A stretch of DNA of 62,732 bases, filler included, from Fonticula-like sp. SCN 57-25 (taxonomy: Eukaryota), in assembly GCA_001724245.1 (NCBI GenBank). It is 6 parts of 6 records of this genome, joined end to end, with 100 filler letters (N's around TTAATTAATTAA, not from the genome) between each part and the next. Parts side by side here need not be neighbours in the genome. Positions count along the whole stretch, not along the records: positions 19,454 to 29,055 come from MEDX01000255.1; positions 29,156 to 43,761 come from MEDX01000256.1; 4 more parts are not named here. One strand, written 5' to 3'. Below, piece after piece: positions 21,379 through 33,269 of this stretch. The notes under the pieces are model-generated. The model did no database searches. It saw only the letters and a list, made by a program, of their open reading frames with translations, and was not told where the DNA came from. Each line of letters begins with the position of its first letter. Within the stretch, counting starts at the first letter, position 1. The translations under genes and the position numbers were made by a program.

Positions 21379-23699
21379 TTACTGATCTTGCGACTCGATG
21401 GGCACCTTCCCGGTCCACCTTACTATCCACGGGTCCTTGTCTCCGTCGTGCTCCATCCTATGGTTTTTAATCATCATTATAAACTTTGCTGCCGCCACCG
21501 CGGTGAGGGAGCCAAAACTAGCCTCTTGGACGCGGACGGGCGACAGGGAGCAGAGGGCGGCGCCGTTCCACTGCGCAAAAACGAGCGAGTGGAATTGCTT
21601 ATCTAACGAAGAGATCCACATGGCGACGTGCTGCTCGTCCCAGGAGAGAACCGTGTTTGCCGGAGGCTCGAAGAACGGCAGGGAGGAATAGCCGAAATGC
21701 GCCATGAAGCCGTGCAGCAGGAGTCGCGACGCGTCATTGAGCGTCACACCGTGCTCGACGATATTCTCGGCGGTCAGCATTGTAAGCACCGTGCCGTCAA
21801 ACTCGCGCAGCGGAGCCTTTAGCCTCTCGAGTCCAATGTCGCACAGCCATTCGCTGAACGAATCGGCTCTCAGGTCTGATAGCCCGCTCACCGTCAGACA
21901 GTCGGTGAGGCTGTCAATGATCATTTTGCACTGCTCGACGACGGCTTGAAGCTCTCCTTTCCTCACCTCCCACCTAGCGATATCAACCGACATTTTCCTG
22001 TACTGGTCCGACTGCAGCTGCGAAAGCTCAGCACGCTCCCTCGCCACTACCAACAGCACGGTGAGCACCACAAATCATACCAACAATTGAGCGTACGCTG
22101 CGTCTCCAGTTGGGCAATAGTGGCAAGAAGCTCGCGTTCCCTCGCGTTCTGCTTCACATACACGTGCCCGACCGTGCGCAGCGACGTCTCGACCGACTCC
22201 AGCTCTGACTGGGCGTCTTCCAGGCGCCGCCGCACGCAACCCGACATTGCAGACACCGTAGTTGATTGCTGCTTCTTGGGTGGTACCGTCGGCGGCAGCT
22301 TAATCGCCCCGAGTGTTTGGCTGCGCGCTATAGCGGGCACCTCGCGATCAGCGTTGCTAATAAGGGGGGAAGACGAGCGCGGGGGCGTGGGAGGGCGTGG
22401 GCCGGAGCGATCGCGGCGCTCAGTAGCGGGCGGCAGAGGGAACGACAGGCCGTACGCCGGCTGCGGCGTTCGCGCCGAAGTCGCGCCCAGAGAAAGGGCC
22501 GAACGGTCGTACGGCTGGGCTTGCCAAAGCTCGATAAGGCCGCTCTGCAGACCGACGGCAACCGTTCCCGTCGGCGCATGGTGGGAGATGCTGATGACCT
22601 ATCAAATGTCCAGGTGAGCGCCAAACTAATATGGAGGCGACAGGCGTCGTACCTTGTCAGATGTCTGGACCCTCGCAATCTGATTGCCGTCCAAAATGCT
22701 CCACACTCGTAGCTCCGAATCGAGCGAGCCAGTAATCACGTACGTCTCGTCACCGCAGAAAATGCCGCACGTCACTCGACTCGTATGCCCAGCAAGCACA
22801 AGGCGCGGCGATGTCGGCCACGCAATGTCCAACGCAGGGACGTCCCACAGAGTAGCCTTTGAATCCCTGCTTGTAATCAGCAGAAACTGGCCATAATAGC
22901 TAAACGCTAGAGACAGGATCTGTCGCCAATGTTGAGCAAGGCGTTGATGGGCCAAGCGGCATAAAAGGACGTGCGTACGTCATTACTATGGGGCTTGAAG
23001 GATGCGACCTTTTTGAATTGCGCTTTGGTCGAGTAAACGTGAACGTAGCCCAGCAAGCAACCGATGGCGAGCAGAGTGCCGTCGCGAGACCAGGCCACTT
23101 GCGTAGGCTTTTGCAGAATTAGTAAAAAAGCAAGAAGGGAAACGGTTTGCACATACCTCCGAGCCCAGCCCCTTGACTTGCTTAATTTGTGCAAAGTCGT
23201 CTGTAATATCAAAAATATCAACGCCGCTTTTCTTGGCGACAGCGACGTGGCCCTTCGTGCTTGCCGAGCAGCTTACCAGCTGGCCGTACAAGTCAGCTCT
23301 CATGCGGGCAAAGGTGAATGTCGTACCGCTTTCGAGCTTTTACGCAAAACTTGATAGCTGGACGCGTCGGTAATTTGGATGACGCTGCCGGCCATAGTGA
23401 GACCGACCACTCGGTTCGAGCCTGGAATCCACTTGCACGAGCTCACCTACCACCAGAAAACAATGAGTCTACCGCCAGATCCACATGGAAAGCGTGACGC
23501 ACCATGTCGTCGCAGCTGATCGAGTACAAGAGCGACTCTGGATCTATGCTAACAATAGCGAACGCCTTGTCTTCCGTGCCGACAGCCAGGTAGCGTCCAT
23601 CGCTCGAAAGCTCGCAAGTTGTCACCTGAAAATTGCTTAGACCACTTAAAACAACCACACGGGATGACGTACCGGTCCCGCGCGCCAATTGAGCGCCAT
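21379..23699 (-). CDS. WD40-repeat, coiled-coil, tandem SAM-domain protein (multi-exon)
   Basis: WD40 repeats (SSDGRYLAVG, AWSRDGTLLAIG, GHTSRVT...TGSLDSELRVW) and two SAM-like segments (EWLCDIGL...FDGTVLTMLT; SWDEQHVAMWI...NGAALCSL). Confidence 0.75.
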
Positions 23700-24133
23700 C
23701 CATTTGGCCAAAACGCGCGCCATTTTGTAAAGTGGGGGGGTTGCCCAGCGTGTGCAAAGTATTCCGCTCTAGGACCACGTGGCCGCATAAATCGAGCCCC
23801 CTATTTATGCTGGTGTGCCAGAATTGCCATAAGTTTCTATATTGAACCGATATAGTTCACTGAAAAAGCTAGTGTTAAGGTACATAGGATACCGATAGAA
23901 CTTACGTATGTAATGGCAGAGAATGTCCTTGCCAAGCAATGGCTCAACGTTGCTCAAGCTTTCTGCTTCTTTCTGCCTGGGATCGTCATCTCTTTGATGA
24001 CCATCAACGCTAATCAATATCTGATGGTCATCAGGGAAACAACCATAAAGTCGCGAAAGAACACACGCACAGTTCACTGTTGCCGTCATCCTCTTTCGCC
24101 TTTCCTGCAAAGCAGAGAGTCAAGTCGGCCACA

Positions 24134-25053
24134 ATGTTTGGCTCGTCGTCAAATAACATGGAGAGTGCGTGGCGCCGTCTCCTTATGAATATTTGATATT
24201 TACCATTTTTTGTTTAGAGCACTTGTTCAATCTTCGGTTCACGGCAAAGCAGCTGAACCGTCTTTCTCTCAAGTGTAACAAGGAGGAGCGCGAAGAAAAG
24301 GTCAAGCTAAAAAAGGTATTGTTGGCTTTTGACCACGATCTATTATTTGGCCTTGCCCGTGTTCTGACGAGTTTTCTCTGTAGGCGCTCCAGAAGGGAAA
24401 TCACGAGGGTGCGCGTATCTATGCCCAGAACGCGATCCGCAAGAAGAACGAGGCTCTCAACTACCTTCGCATGTCTTCCCGCATCGACGCCGTCGCGTCC
24501 AAGGTGCAGACTGCCGTGACAATGAAATCTGTGACCAAGTCGATGGAGGGCGTGGTTGGCCAAATGGACAAGGCGATGAACTCGTGCAACCTCGAGCAAA
24601 TTCAGATGGTCATGGACAGGTTTGAGCAGCAGTTTGAGAACATGGATGTGCAGACGGCCGCCATGGAGGGCGCCATGTCATCCACTACCGCGACTACCAC
24701 GCCGGCCGAGGATGTCGACAGCCTCATCTCGCAGGTCGCTGAGGAGAACGGTACGCGTCAACGACAGTCTTTGTGGTTTCAGTTGTGTGTGGTTATGGTG
24801 GAGACCTTGCCTTCGTCGCTTGATTAAAGTCTGAAAGCGATGAAACTTAGGTTTCCTAGATCTCTTTTCCTTTTTCTTTTTTTTTCTTTCCGTGTCTCGC
24901 TACCTTTTTACTGTTTGTCGCCTTACTAACATGCATGCAGGTCTCGAGGTCAACCTCTCGACACCCAACGCCCCGCTCGGGACGACCTCGACCGCAGAGC
25001 GCGAGCAGGACGAGCTGAGCGAGCGCCTTGCACGTCTCCGCAACGAGCTCTAA
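24134..25053 (+). CDS. CHMP1: ESCRT-III CHMP1/Did2/Vps46 (4 exons)
   Basis: ME(K)[26 protein letters not shown] and the C-terminal MIM1 motif [11 protein letters not shown]. Confidence 0.95.
24800..24863 (+). ncRNA. Candidate intronic H/ACA-type guide RNA, single hairpin with AGA box, predicted target 18S rRNA Psi1415 (yeast numbering)
   Basis: Lower stem 24800-06/24850-56, upper stem 24813-21/24835-43, and pocket strands UUGCCU and AACUU complementary to AAGUU-(U)G-AGGCAA. The AGA lies 14 nt after the upper stem. The rRNA target sequence is recalled, not in the window. Confidence 0.65.
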
Positions 25054-25294
25054 ACTGCACTCGCGCGTTAATTTGTCCTTGTATTCGCCTAGTCGATGTT
25101 GAATTCCCTTTTGTGTGTCTCTTTCCGTTTGCCTGCTTCTTTCGTTATCTTTTCATACGTGTGTATAAAGGTCTGCTATTAATTAATTGAATGAAAGAAC
25201 AACATTTACTGAGGCCGATATCGCTTCCTGGTAAGGGATCTTGGGCTAAAGAGGTCGAAAGGGGGTCAAAGCAATTACTAAATCTGGCCAGCGT

Positions 25295-28200
25295 CTAGGC
25301 GCAGTACGTGTGGCGGCTGTCGCCGTCGTCGGGCGACGGGATGTTGAGCGGCGGCCCCTCAGGGAGCGGCTTGCTCTCTGGCGCGAGCTGGTCCATTGTC
25401 GCAGCGTCATAGAGAAGACCGTCAACCATGACGAGCGCGACCTTCTCCGAGTTTGCCAGGTCGTCGAGCGGCGACGCGCCGGCGTCATACGTGATGATGT
25501 CAGCAAGGCGACCGACCTGAATGGAGCCGACGTTGATGAGGCCGAGCGAGTCTGCCGCCGAGCGCGTGGCGGCCTTGAGGACGTCGTACGGCGTCATACC
25601 GCCCTGCTCGAGCATCCAGAGCTCCCAGTGGAATCCAATTCCCTGGCGCTGGCCGTGGGCGCCCGGCTGCACGCGGACGCCCTCAGCGCTAAGGGCGGTG
25701 ACGCTCTCGGACGTCCTAAAGTGGTGGTAGTCGCGCGTGTCGCTCTTGACGCGGCGCATCGAGCCCGCCTCGAGCGAGCGCGTCGGGTGGAAACGGCGCA
25801 GGCGCTCGTTCTCCCACACGTTCGTCTCCTGGTACCAGTAGCGCTCGCCATAGATGCCGCCATAGTTGACAACGAGTGTCGGCGTGTACGACGTGTTGCT
25901 GCGCGCAAACAGCTGGATGACGTCCTCGTACAACGGCGCGACGGGGAGCGCGTGCTCGATGGTCGTGTGGCCGTCGACGATCTGGTTGAGGTTCCACGTG
26001 AACGCCATGCCGCCCTCGGGGACAATGGCAAAGTTGAGCTCGCGTGCGGCCTCAAGGATGCGGAGGCGCGCCGCGCGGCATGGCTGGTTGTACGACTTTG
26101 CGGACCACGCGCCGTACGCGGCGAGGCGGCGCAGGTTCTCGCGCGCGTCGTCCAGCGTGTTCACCTCGCAGCGGTACGTGCCGTCAGCGCCATACAGAAT
26201 GGTACCCGTGCTAAAAAGGCGCGGGCCGAGCTTGCCGGTCCTGACAAGCTCCGCCTCGGCAAAGGCGTCCACCGTGTCGTACGACGGGTTGTGCAGCGTC
26301 GTCACACCAAATGCGAGGTTGGCGAGGTACTCCCAGCTCTGCTGCACGTAAAAGTCGGACGAGCCGCCCCAGTGCGCGTGAATGTCGATAAAGCCGGGCA
26401 GCAGCGCGCCGCCTTCAAGGTCGCGCTCGTACGACACGGGGACAGGCGACGACGCGTCATAGTCATCGCATGTGCCGACAAAGCTGATCTTGTCGCCGCG
26501 CACCTCGACGCACCCGCCCTCAATGACATTGTCCGCCTCCATCGTGTACACCACGGCGTTGCGGAAGAGCGTCGACGCCGAGGGCACGACGCGCGAGGCA
26601 ACCGAGATCGAGATGACGGTCTTTGACACGTGCGGCAGCGCGCACGCAAGCCCAAAGGTCGTCGTGTCGCTGCTGTCGGCGTTGCACCCGGACACGCTCG
26701 CAAACTCAAACTGATGAAGCGTGTTGCCAAGAAGGAACGACACGCGGCTGCCATCGGCGCTCCAGCGGATATAGCGACCGCCGTTCTGCGAGACGCGCAC
26801 CGCACCAGAGGTCGGCTGGTCCTTGGGACGCGACGAGAGGACAGTCGTGTTCACTTCGCTCAACAGCGTCGCCAGATACACATTATCAAGCTCGACGTAC
26901 GCGACGCGCGTGCCGTCAGGGCTGACCGCCACCTCGGTCGCGTACTCGCTCGACGTCAGCGTGGCCATCGTCGCACCGGTCTCGAGGCCGACGCGCGTCA
27001 CCGTGCCGCCATTGCGCACAAGCAGCGACGCGCCGTCGCTCGAAAAGGTCGCGCGGCCGGCCGCCCCAGCGACCACGAGGCGGGGCGTACCGGCGGCAGT
27101 GACGACGCCGTCGGTCAGAGTCAGGTCAGAGACGTACACGCCAGTGCCCACATCGTGCATCGGGCCCGACACGGCGTCCCACGAGGCGGGCACGCGCGTG
27201 AACACAAGGCGGTCACCGGCAGGCGAGAATGACGCGTGCGCGTAGCGACCGGGTGTCGTCGTGACGGTCACTGGCGCCGCGACGCCCACCGACGCAATGA
27301 TAACCTTGCCGAGGTTGACGTCGGACCATGTGGACATGGCGACCTGCGCGCCGCTGGGGCTGAGCGACGGGCCAAACTCATAGTCGGAGCCGCTCGTCAG
27401 GCGCTGCGACACACCCGTCGAAAAAGTGTGGCCTGCAGCCGCGGTCAATAGACATTCAGTAAACTAAAAACCCCGTACTGTACACGTGGCCGGCCGCGGT
27501 CACGTACGCGACGGTCCTGTCGGCGTTGAGGTCGGCCCACTGGAGCACCTTGGGGATGACGGTTTCGCCGGTGCTCGCGTCCACGTTGGCCATGGCGGTC
27601 GGGGCGAGCTTGAGGTCGACGTTGACGGTCACCGGGATGCTCGTCTCGACGCCGGTGGTCGCATCAATGCGGAAGAACTGGCCCTTTGACCAAATGACGA
27701 TGGCGCTGTCGTCCGCGAGCCAGTTAAAGGTCGGGTACACGCCGTGCGAGGCGGACGACTCCTGCTGGTCGGTCGAGAGTCCGCTGTAGAGCACGCGCTC
27801 GTTGCCCGTCTCGAGGTCGCGCAGGACAAGCGCCGACTCGAAGCGGATGCGGCGGACAAAGGCGAGAAGCTTGCCGTTGCGCGACAGCTGCGGGCGGCAG
27901 GCGCCTCCCGCGCCACCAGTCACCGTCTCAACCTTGCCGGTGGCAACATTCACGCGGCGAATGCTGTAGATGCCGGCATGCGGGTCCTTGCTGTACTCAA
28001 AGGTCTGCGAACCGCCATCCGCCACGTTCTGGCTGTAGTAGACGTACTGCCCGGCGGGGTCAAAGACGGGCTCCTCGGGGCCGATCTGGGCCGTATCGCT
28101 CGCGCGACCGACGAGCTGCGCGCCGCCGGTGGTCCCCTCGGAAGTCACATTAAAGAGCCACAGCTCGCCGGCGGGGATCGAGCGCGACGTCGTGTGCCAC

Positions 28201-28823
28201 TTGACACCGACAACCTGCTGCCCGCTGGGCGCCCACGCGGCGCTGCCCACAAAGCGGAATTCTTCGGCGGTGAGCTGGCGTGCGTTCTCGCCATCCCTTG
28301 TCATAACCCACAGGTTGTCACAGCCGCTCAAATCACTCTTGAACAGAATGCTGTTTCCGTCGGGGGAGAAGCGAGGCTGAAGGTCAAAGGCAACACCGCG
28401 GCGGAGAGGCGTCGCCACGGCTCCGGGATCACTCAGCGACACGCGGTAAATATCGCCAAGGTGATCAAACACCATCCACTGACCGTCGGGAGAAATGTCC
28501 AGGTTCGCCCAGGTGCTCCATGTCGTCGTGAACTGAACAGGGAGCGAGTGGGCGGTATCAATGTCATAAAAGGCCGGGGAGCGGAAAGGAAGCTTGGGCA
28601 CGGAGGGAACGGGTCCAGGGGGAGGAATCTCCTCATCGCCGCCTCCATCGCCCTGGCCCGGCTGCTGGCTCACAACGACGCCAAGCGCGATTGCCAGCGC
28701 CACCGCAGAAATGGCAAAAAACACTTGACCAGCAACAAGGTAGCGCCAGCGCTTTCTGGAGACTACAACAGAGTCCCCCGCCGTACCCCGCAAAAGGCTC
28801 GCCTCCTCATCTTGCAGGGACAT
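25295..28823 (-). CDS. Membrane-anchored TolB/PD40 beta-propeller plus amidohydrolase protein (1160 aa, one 46-nt intron at 27433-27478)
   Basis: PD40 repeats (LDISPDG, QPRFSPDG), metal-binding PGFIDIHAH, GHTTIEH and GAHGQ motifs, and an N-terminal transmembrane helix. Confidence 0.9.
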
Positions 28824-29055
28824 TTTGGCGGGAACAGGGGTTAATTGAAACCAAACCAGACCGACCCAGACCTACTTTTGTAACGCCGTCGGGAAACAAC
28901 TTGTGGCATTGAATAAATATAAAATTTATAGCAATTTGCGCAGCTATATAAACACATTTCATGAATAGACATATCACTGGCGTCCGTCATAGCCCAAAAT
29001 TTGATTACTATGTACAAGCATTACAGAAATTTGATTCACGCGCCATACTTTGGCG

Positions 29056-29155
29056 NNNNNNNNNNNNNNNNNNNNNNNNNNNNNNNNNNNNNNNNNNNNT
29101 TAATTAATTAANNNNNNNNNNNNNNNNNNNNNNNNNNNNNNNNNNNNNNNNNNNN
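29056..29155. other. Artificial contig linker
   Basis: N44-TTAATTAATTAA-N44. Confidence 0.99.
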
Positions 29156-29218
29156 GTGCACCGTTGTTCCCGGTATTGTCCAGTGGAGCAGCGTCAGACA
29201 CACATACTCGCCGTCCAT
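29156..29218 (-). CDS. Possible first micro-exon of a gene truncated by the gap
   Basis: ATG GAC GGC GA followed by a GTATGT donor, divergent from LYRM7. Confidence 0.3.
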
Positions 29219-29309
29219 CGCGCCGCAGACACGCCCGATGAATGCAAATCGCAAACTGCAATTTGCACACCGAATCGTAGCGTGACCAACCGACGACGAC
29301 AGCTGCATC

Positions 29310-29794
29310 ATGTCGGCCCGTAACCTGGTCCTCGCGGCGTACCGCGACTTGCTTCGCGCGCGGCGACTGGCATTCCAGGGCGACGTTCATGCTTTGCAAG
29401 GTACGCGTTTCTTTGTCTAATTAAGTGCCCTTTGTAATGAATGAATACGACCGCTAATCTCTGCGCAGTGTCGGCCCAGCGCGCGCGTGACGAATTCAAC
29501 AAGCATCGCGGCGAGGTCGACGCCACCAAGGTCGCCACTGTACGCGCCTTTCTTTTTATTTTCGCTTCTGATTGTACTTTTCTGTTGTTTTCCAGCTGCT
29601 TGACCACGCGGCGCAGGCGGCCAAGGTGCTGCGGACACAGATCGTGCAGGGCGTTCGTGAGGACCAGAACAGCGCGACCTTTCGTACGCCGCGGAATGCC
29701 ATCCCACCTGCGTAGCTGACATCATACTTTAGGTCTCCACGTAGACAAGTCGCGGCATCGCCTGCACGACAGCCCCAAGGCCAAGCGCATCTGA
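29310..29794 (+). CDS. LYRM7: LYR-family complex III assembly factor Mzm1/LYRM7 (4 exons)
   Basis: VLAAYRDLLRARRLAFQGD...RDEF...VLRTQIVQG. Confidence 0.85.
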
Positions 29795-30073
29795 CGGGCA
29801 TCTGCACATAGTTTCAGTGGGGCGGGTTTTGTATAGCTTATTTTCCATATCAGAAATTAAAAGAGATTACAGGAAAGACTTACAGGGCAATGGGCGCAAA
29901 GAGTGTGAGAGACAGGAAAAAGGAAAGAACAAAAAGCAAGGCGCCAGGCGGGCACGCCACGCATTCAGTGGCGGGCCGCAAGCGCAGCCGCGGCCGCCGC
30001 CGTGAATGGATGGGAACAAAAAGAAAGAGGTCAGGAAAGGGGAATAGAGAGTGTATGGTCACAGGCACGTCTC

Positions 30074-31538
30074 CTACTCTGCCGTCTCGACGGGGATTCC
30101 GTTCTTGGCCGAGATGGAGGCGTAGTTTCCGAGATTGCGCTTGAGAATATCGAGGCAGGGCCCGAGCAGCCGCGTGAACCCGCCGTTATTGAGCGTGGCG
30201 CACCGCAGCTTGCCCTTGGCGGTGACCGTGGCGGCGCGCGGCTTGCTCGTCAACAGAGCGAGCTCGCCAAAGTACGTGCCCTTCTTGAGCATCGCGACTT
30301 CCTTCTCATTGCCCTTGTCGTCCTTTTGGGTTACGCGCGCCTGGCCATCCTCAATGATGAAGAAGCGCGTGCCGACATCACTGCACAGCAGCGTCAGCAA
30401 CGAGCGCCAATCAAAAAGCCGCAACGCACCCCTGCTTGATAACAACCTCGCCGTCCTCGTACTCCACCGACTCGAGAGCGTCGGCGATTTTGTGGCGCTC
30501 ATAAGGCTCGAGAGACATCAAGAGCGGGACCTCCTCGAGGAATTTGTCATACATTTTGCTGTCGAGGCGAGTTTAGCCACTATTGCCGCAGAGATAAAAG
30601 AGTCAAAAGTATCACGTACCGCTTGCGAAGGGCATTATCCATGAGCATGCGGCGGAAAGTAGTCCGGTCGAGGGCCCACACGATCGAGTCTGACGTGGCT
30701 GTGACGGTGGCAGCGCTGTGGGCCAATCGTCAGCACGCCGCAAATCCACCAAACAATACGCGTACCGCGGGGCGTTATACATGAGCGCGAGCTCGCCGAA
30801 AGAGGCGCCGGCCGTGTACGAGACGACCTTGACCGGCGGATTGCTTCCCTTGGCGACAAACACGTCAAACGTGCCAGTGTCCACGATATAGAAATAGTCA
30901 CCGAGAGCGCCCTGCTTGATAATGTCCTCGCCGCTCTTTACCGCCTTTTCAAACATGGCGTCGACAGCCTCCTTCCGCTGCGACTCGTCGAGGTTCTTGA
31001 ACAAAAAGCTGGTCTCGACGCCGACCTGGATGCGGCGGATCTGGTCTTCCGTCTTCGGAATCACAATCTACGCAAACAAAAAGAAGGCCAAAGAGAAAAG
31101 GGCAACACGGTGAGCCAAAAGGCACCTAAATGGGCGCAATGACACGCGTACCTTTTCGACATTCTTGTTATCCTCGGGGCTGAGCGATTCAGCGCTGACA
31201 GAAATGCGCCGCGAAGGGTTCTTCACGTCGCGGACCTCCTCCTCGTCGTCGCTGCTGCTCACCTCGTCCTCCTCCTTCTCGCTCTTCAGGAACTTTTTGT
31301 TCTTGAAAAAGTTCTGCAGGACACCAAGCGTCAGTAGGGAGCCATCGGCAAAAAGGGAAACACTCGTCACCCGACAAAAGAGAAGGAAAAAAAAGTCAAC
31401 GGACAATAGTGAAAGCGACACCACAGCCTCAAATAGTAAAAAGCAAAAGGCCAATGCGTTGGCCTTGTACTACACAGCCCTTTCCCAGCAGCTCCCACCC
31501 TCCCCGCGGTCTCCGCCGCGGCTCCCGGCGCGCACCAT
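30074..31538 (-). CDS. PRKAR: cAMP-dependent protein kinase regulatory subunit
   Basis: Inhibitor site RRISVSAES and two cNMP-binding domains (FGELALMYNAPR, FGELALLTSKPRAAT). The first coding exon is inferred to be ATG only. Confidence 0.93.
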
Positions 31539-31754
31539 GTTTCTTGCGCTGCACCCGCGTCGGGGTCCCAACAAACAAGAAAAGCAGCAGCTCGAAAAGC
31601 ACCCAAATGAAGCGACCAATCAGATCGCATTCCGTCGTCGGGTTTGCGTCGGGTTTGGTCGTTCTGCTGAACGCTGACGGCGGCGGGCTGGCGGCGGGAA
31701 CGCGAGGGTAGCGGACGACTGCGCGGCTTCCAGCGAGGCTAGATCAGGGGTGCC

Positions 31755-32343
31755 ATGGACTCGCGCCTCGCCCTGACGGACCCTGACAACAGGGTATACT
31801 ACTGCCCTCACTGCAAGCGCCCAGTGTCGGCGCACAAGGACGCACTGTCGGATGAGTGGCTGTTCACGTCACGCGGCGCTGCGGCCGGCACCTTTTTGTA
31901 CGCCGCCATGCCGCCGCGAACGACCGCTTGTCTGACTCTTTTTGGTTTACACGCGTAGTAAATTACCCGCCATGTACGAATCCACGGTGGGCGGCGTGAG
32001 CGCACTCGGTTTGGGCGCCGTCTACACATACTATGCGTTTCCCGCGGTTCTGTCGCGCATCGAGCGGCGCATGCCACGGTGGCACGGTGCGACATCGCCC
32101 TATCGTGCATGTATCGTGAACTAACTTACTGTGCTTGTAGGGACGGCAATCCCGCCTCTGATTGCGAGCGTGCCTGTGGGCCTCGGGCTGGCGGTGACGG
32201 CGGGGCTCGCTCGGGCGGCCATTCCGGGCATTGTCGAGCTCGGCCTCCAGCTCTACTTTGGTGTCAGCGAGTCCGTGTTTGGCCTAACAATAGACGCCAA
32301 GCGGAGGCTAGCGGCCGCGCAGCTGGAGCGCAAGGGGAAATGA
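31755..32343 (+). CDS. Small hypothetical membrane protein with N-terminal CxxC (3 exons)
   Basis: YYCPHCKRP followed by hydrophobic segments. Two GT-AG introns link the ORF pieces. Confidence 0.6.
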
Positions 32344-32585
32344 GCAGGAAGAACGAGTATGTACGACATTTATTACCTCCTTGATAGAGTAATTCCGGTA
32401 GCCGGACCGACCAATAAATTACGAATGCACCGCTCGGCGACGCCATGCACTATGGGAATATACAAAAACTTAAAGGTACACTAAATGGACTGCGGCTGCC
32501 GTCTGCGTTTCGCCTGGAAAACCGCAGGGAAGCGCCGCACTCCATCCTTTCCTTGCACACCGCGGGCGACTCACGACACGCGGCT

Positions 32586-33269
32586 CTAGAATGACGGGCC
32601 TTTACACTTTCGCAGCTGCGCGCACGGCCGCCTCCCACGCTCATCCCTACCATTACAGCAGTCGCACACGCCGTCGTCCCTATATTCCGCACTGATTAGC
32701 ACGACATGGCCGATGCGGGCGATGCGCCACGTACACCCACGCGGAGGGGATCGCCACTCCTTTCGAGCAGAGGAACCGCCCCATGAGGCACGCCGACGTA
32801 TCCGGCTCGTCCGACCCGTCGTCCGGGCAGTCGCAGTAGCCGTCGTTGATTGCCGTCGACGCCAGCTTTGCCACGCATTCGGTCACGGTCAGCGGCCGTG
32901 ATGTCGGATGCTGTACCGGCTTCAATGGCTGGTACACATACTCCTTCATCTGCAACATGAGCTCGTCATCTACAAACGACTCGGGCAAAACCTCCTCCGT
33001 GGCAGCAATAAAAAGCGCCTCGGAGGGCGTTGGTGTCGGCGGCTCGGTACTGCGGATCCAGTTCGGGACCGACGCGAACCACGGCGTCGACACCGTTGGC
33101 ACCTCCCGGCGCCCCCCGCTTGAATAGTATATCAATAAACTGCAAACATATCGTAAGTACATGCTGTCAGGATGGTAAAACAGGAAAATAGAGCGCACAG
33201 GACTCCGAATGCCGACACAAGCAGGAGCAGGACCCGCGACAACGGCCGCCACCTAACTCCTGCTTTCAT
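32586..33269 (-). CDS. Short glucosidase II beta (PRKCSH)-like/LDLa protein with a signal anchor
   Basis: INDGYCDCPDDGSDEPDTSAC...FLC...V|DDGVCDCCNGRDE, with a hydrophobic N-terminus after splicing. Confidence 0.8.

Noticed and set aside
27433-27478. Apparent split or frameshift between the two amidohydrolase ORFs
   Set aside because: A canonical 46-nt GT-AG intron restores one continuous frame.
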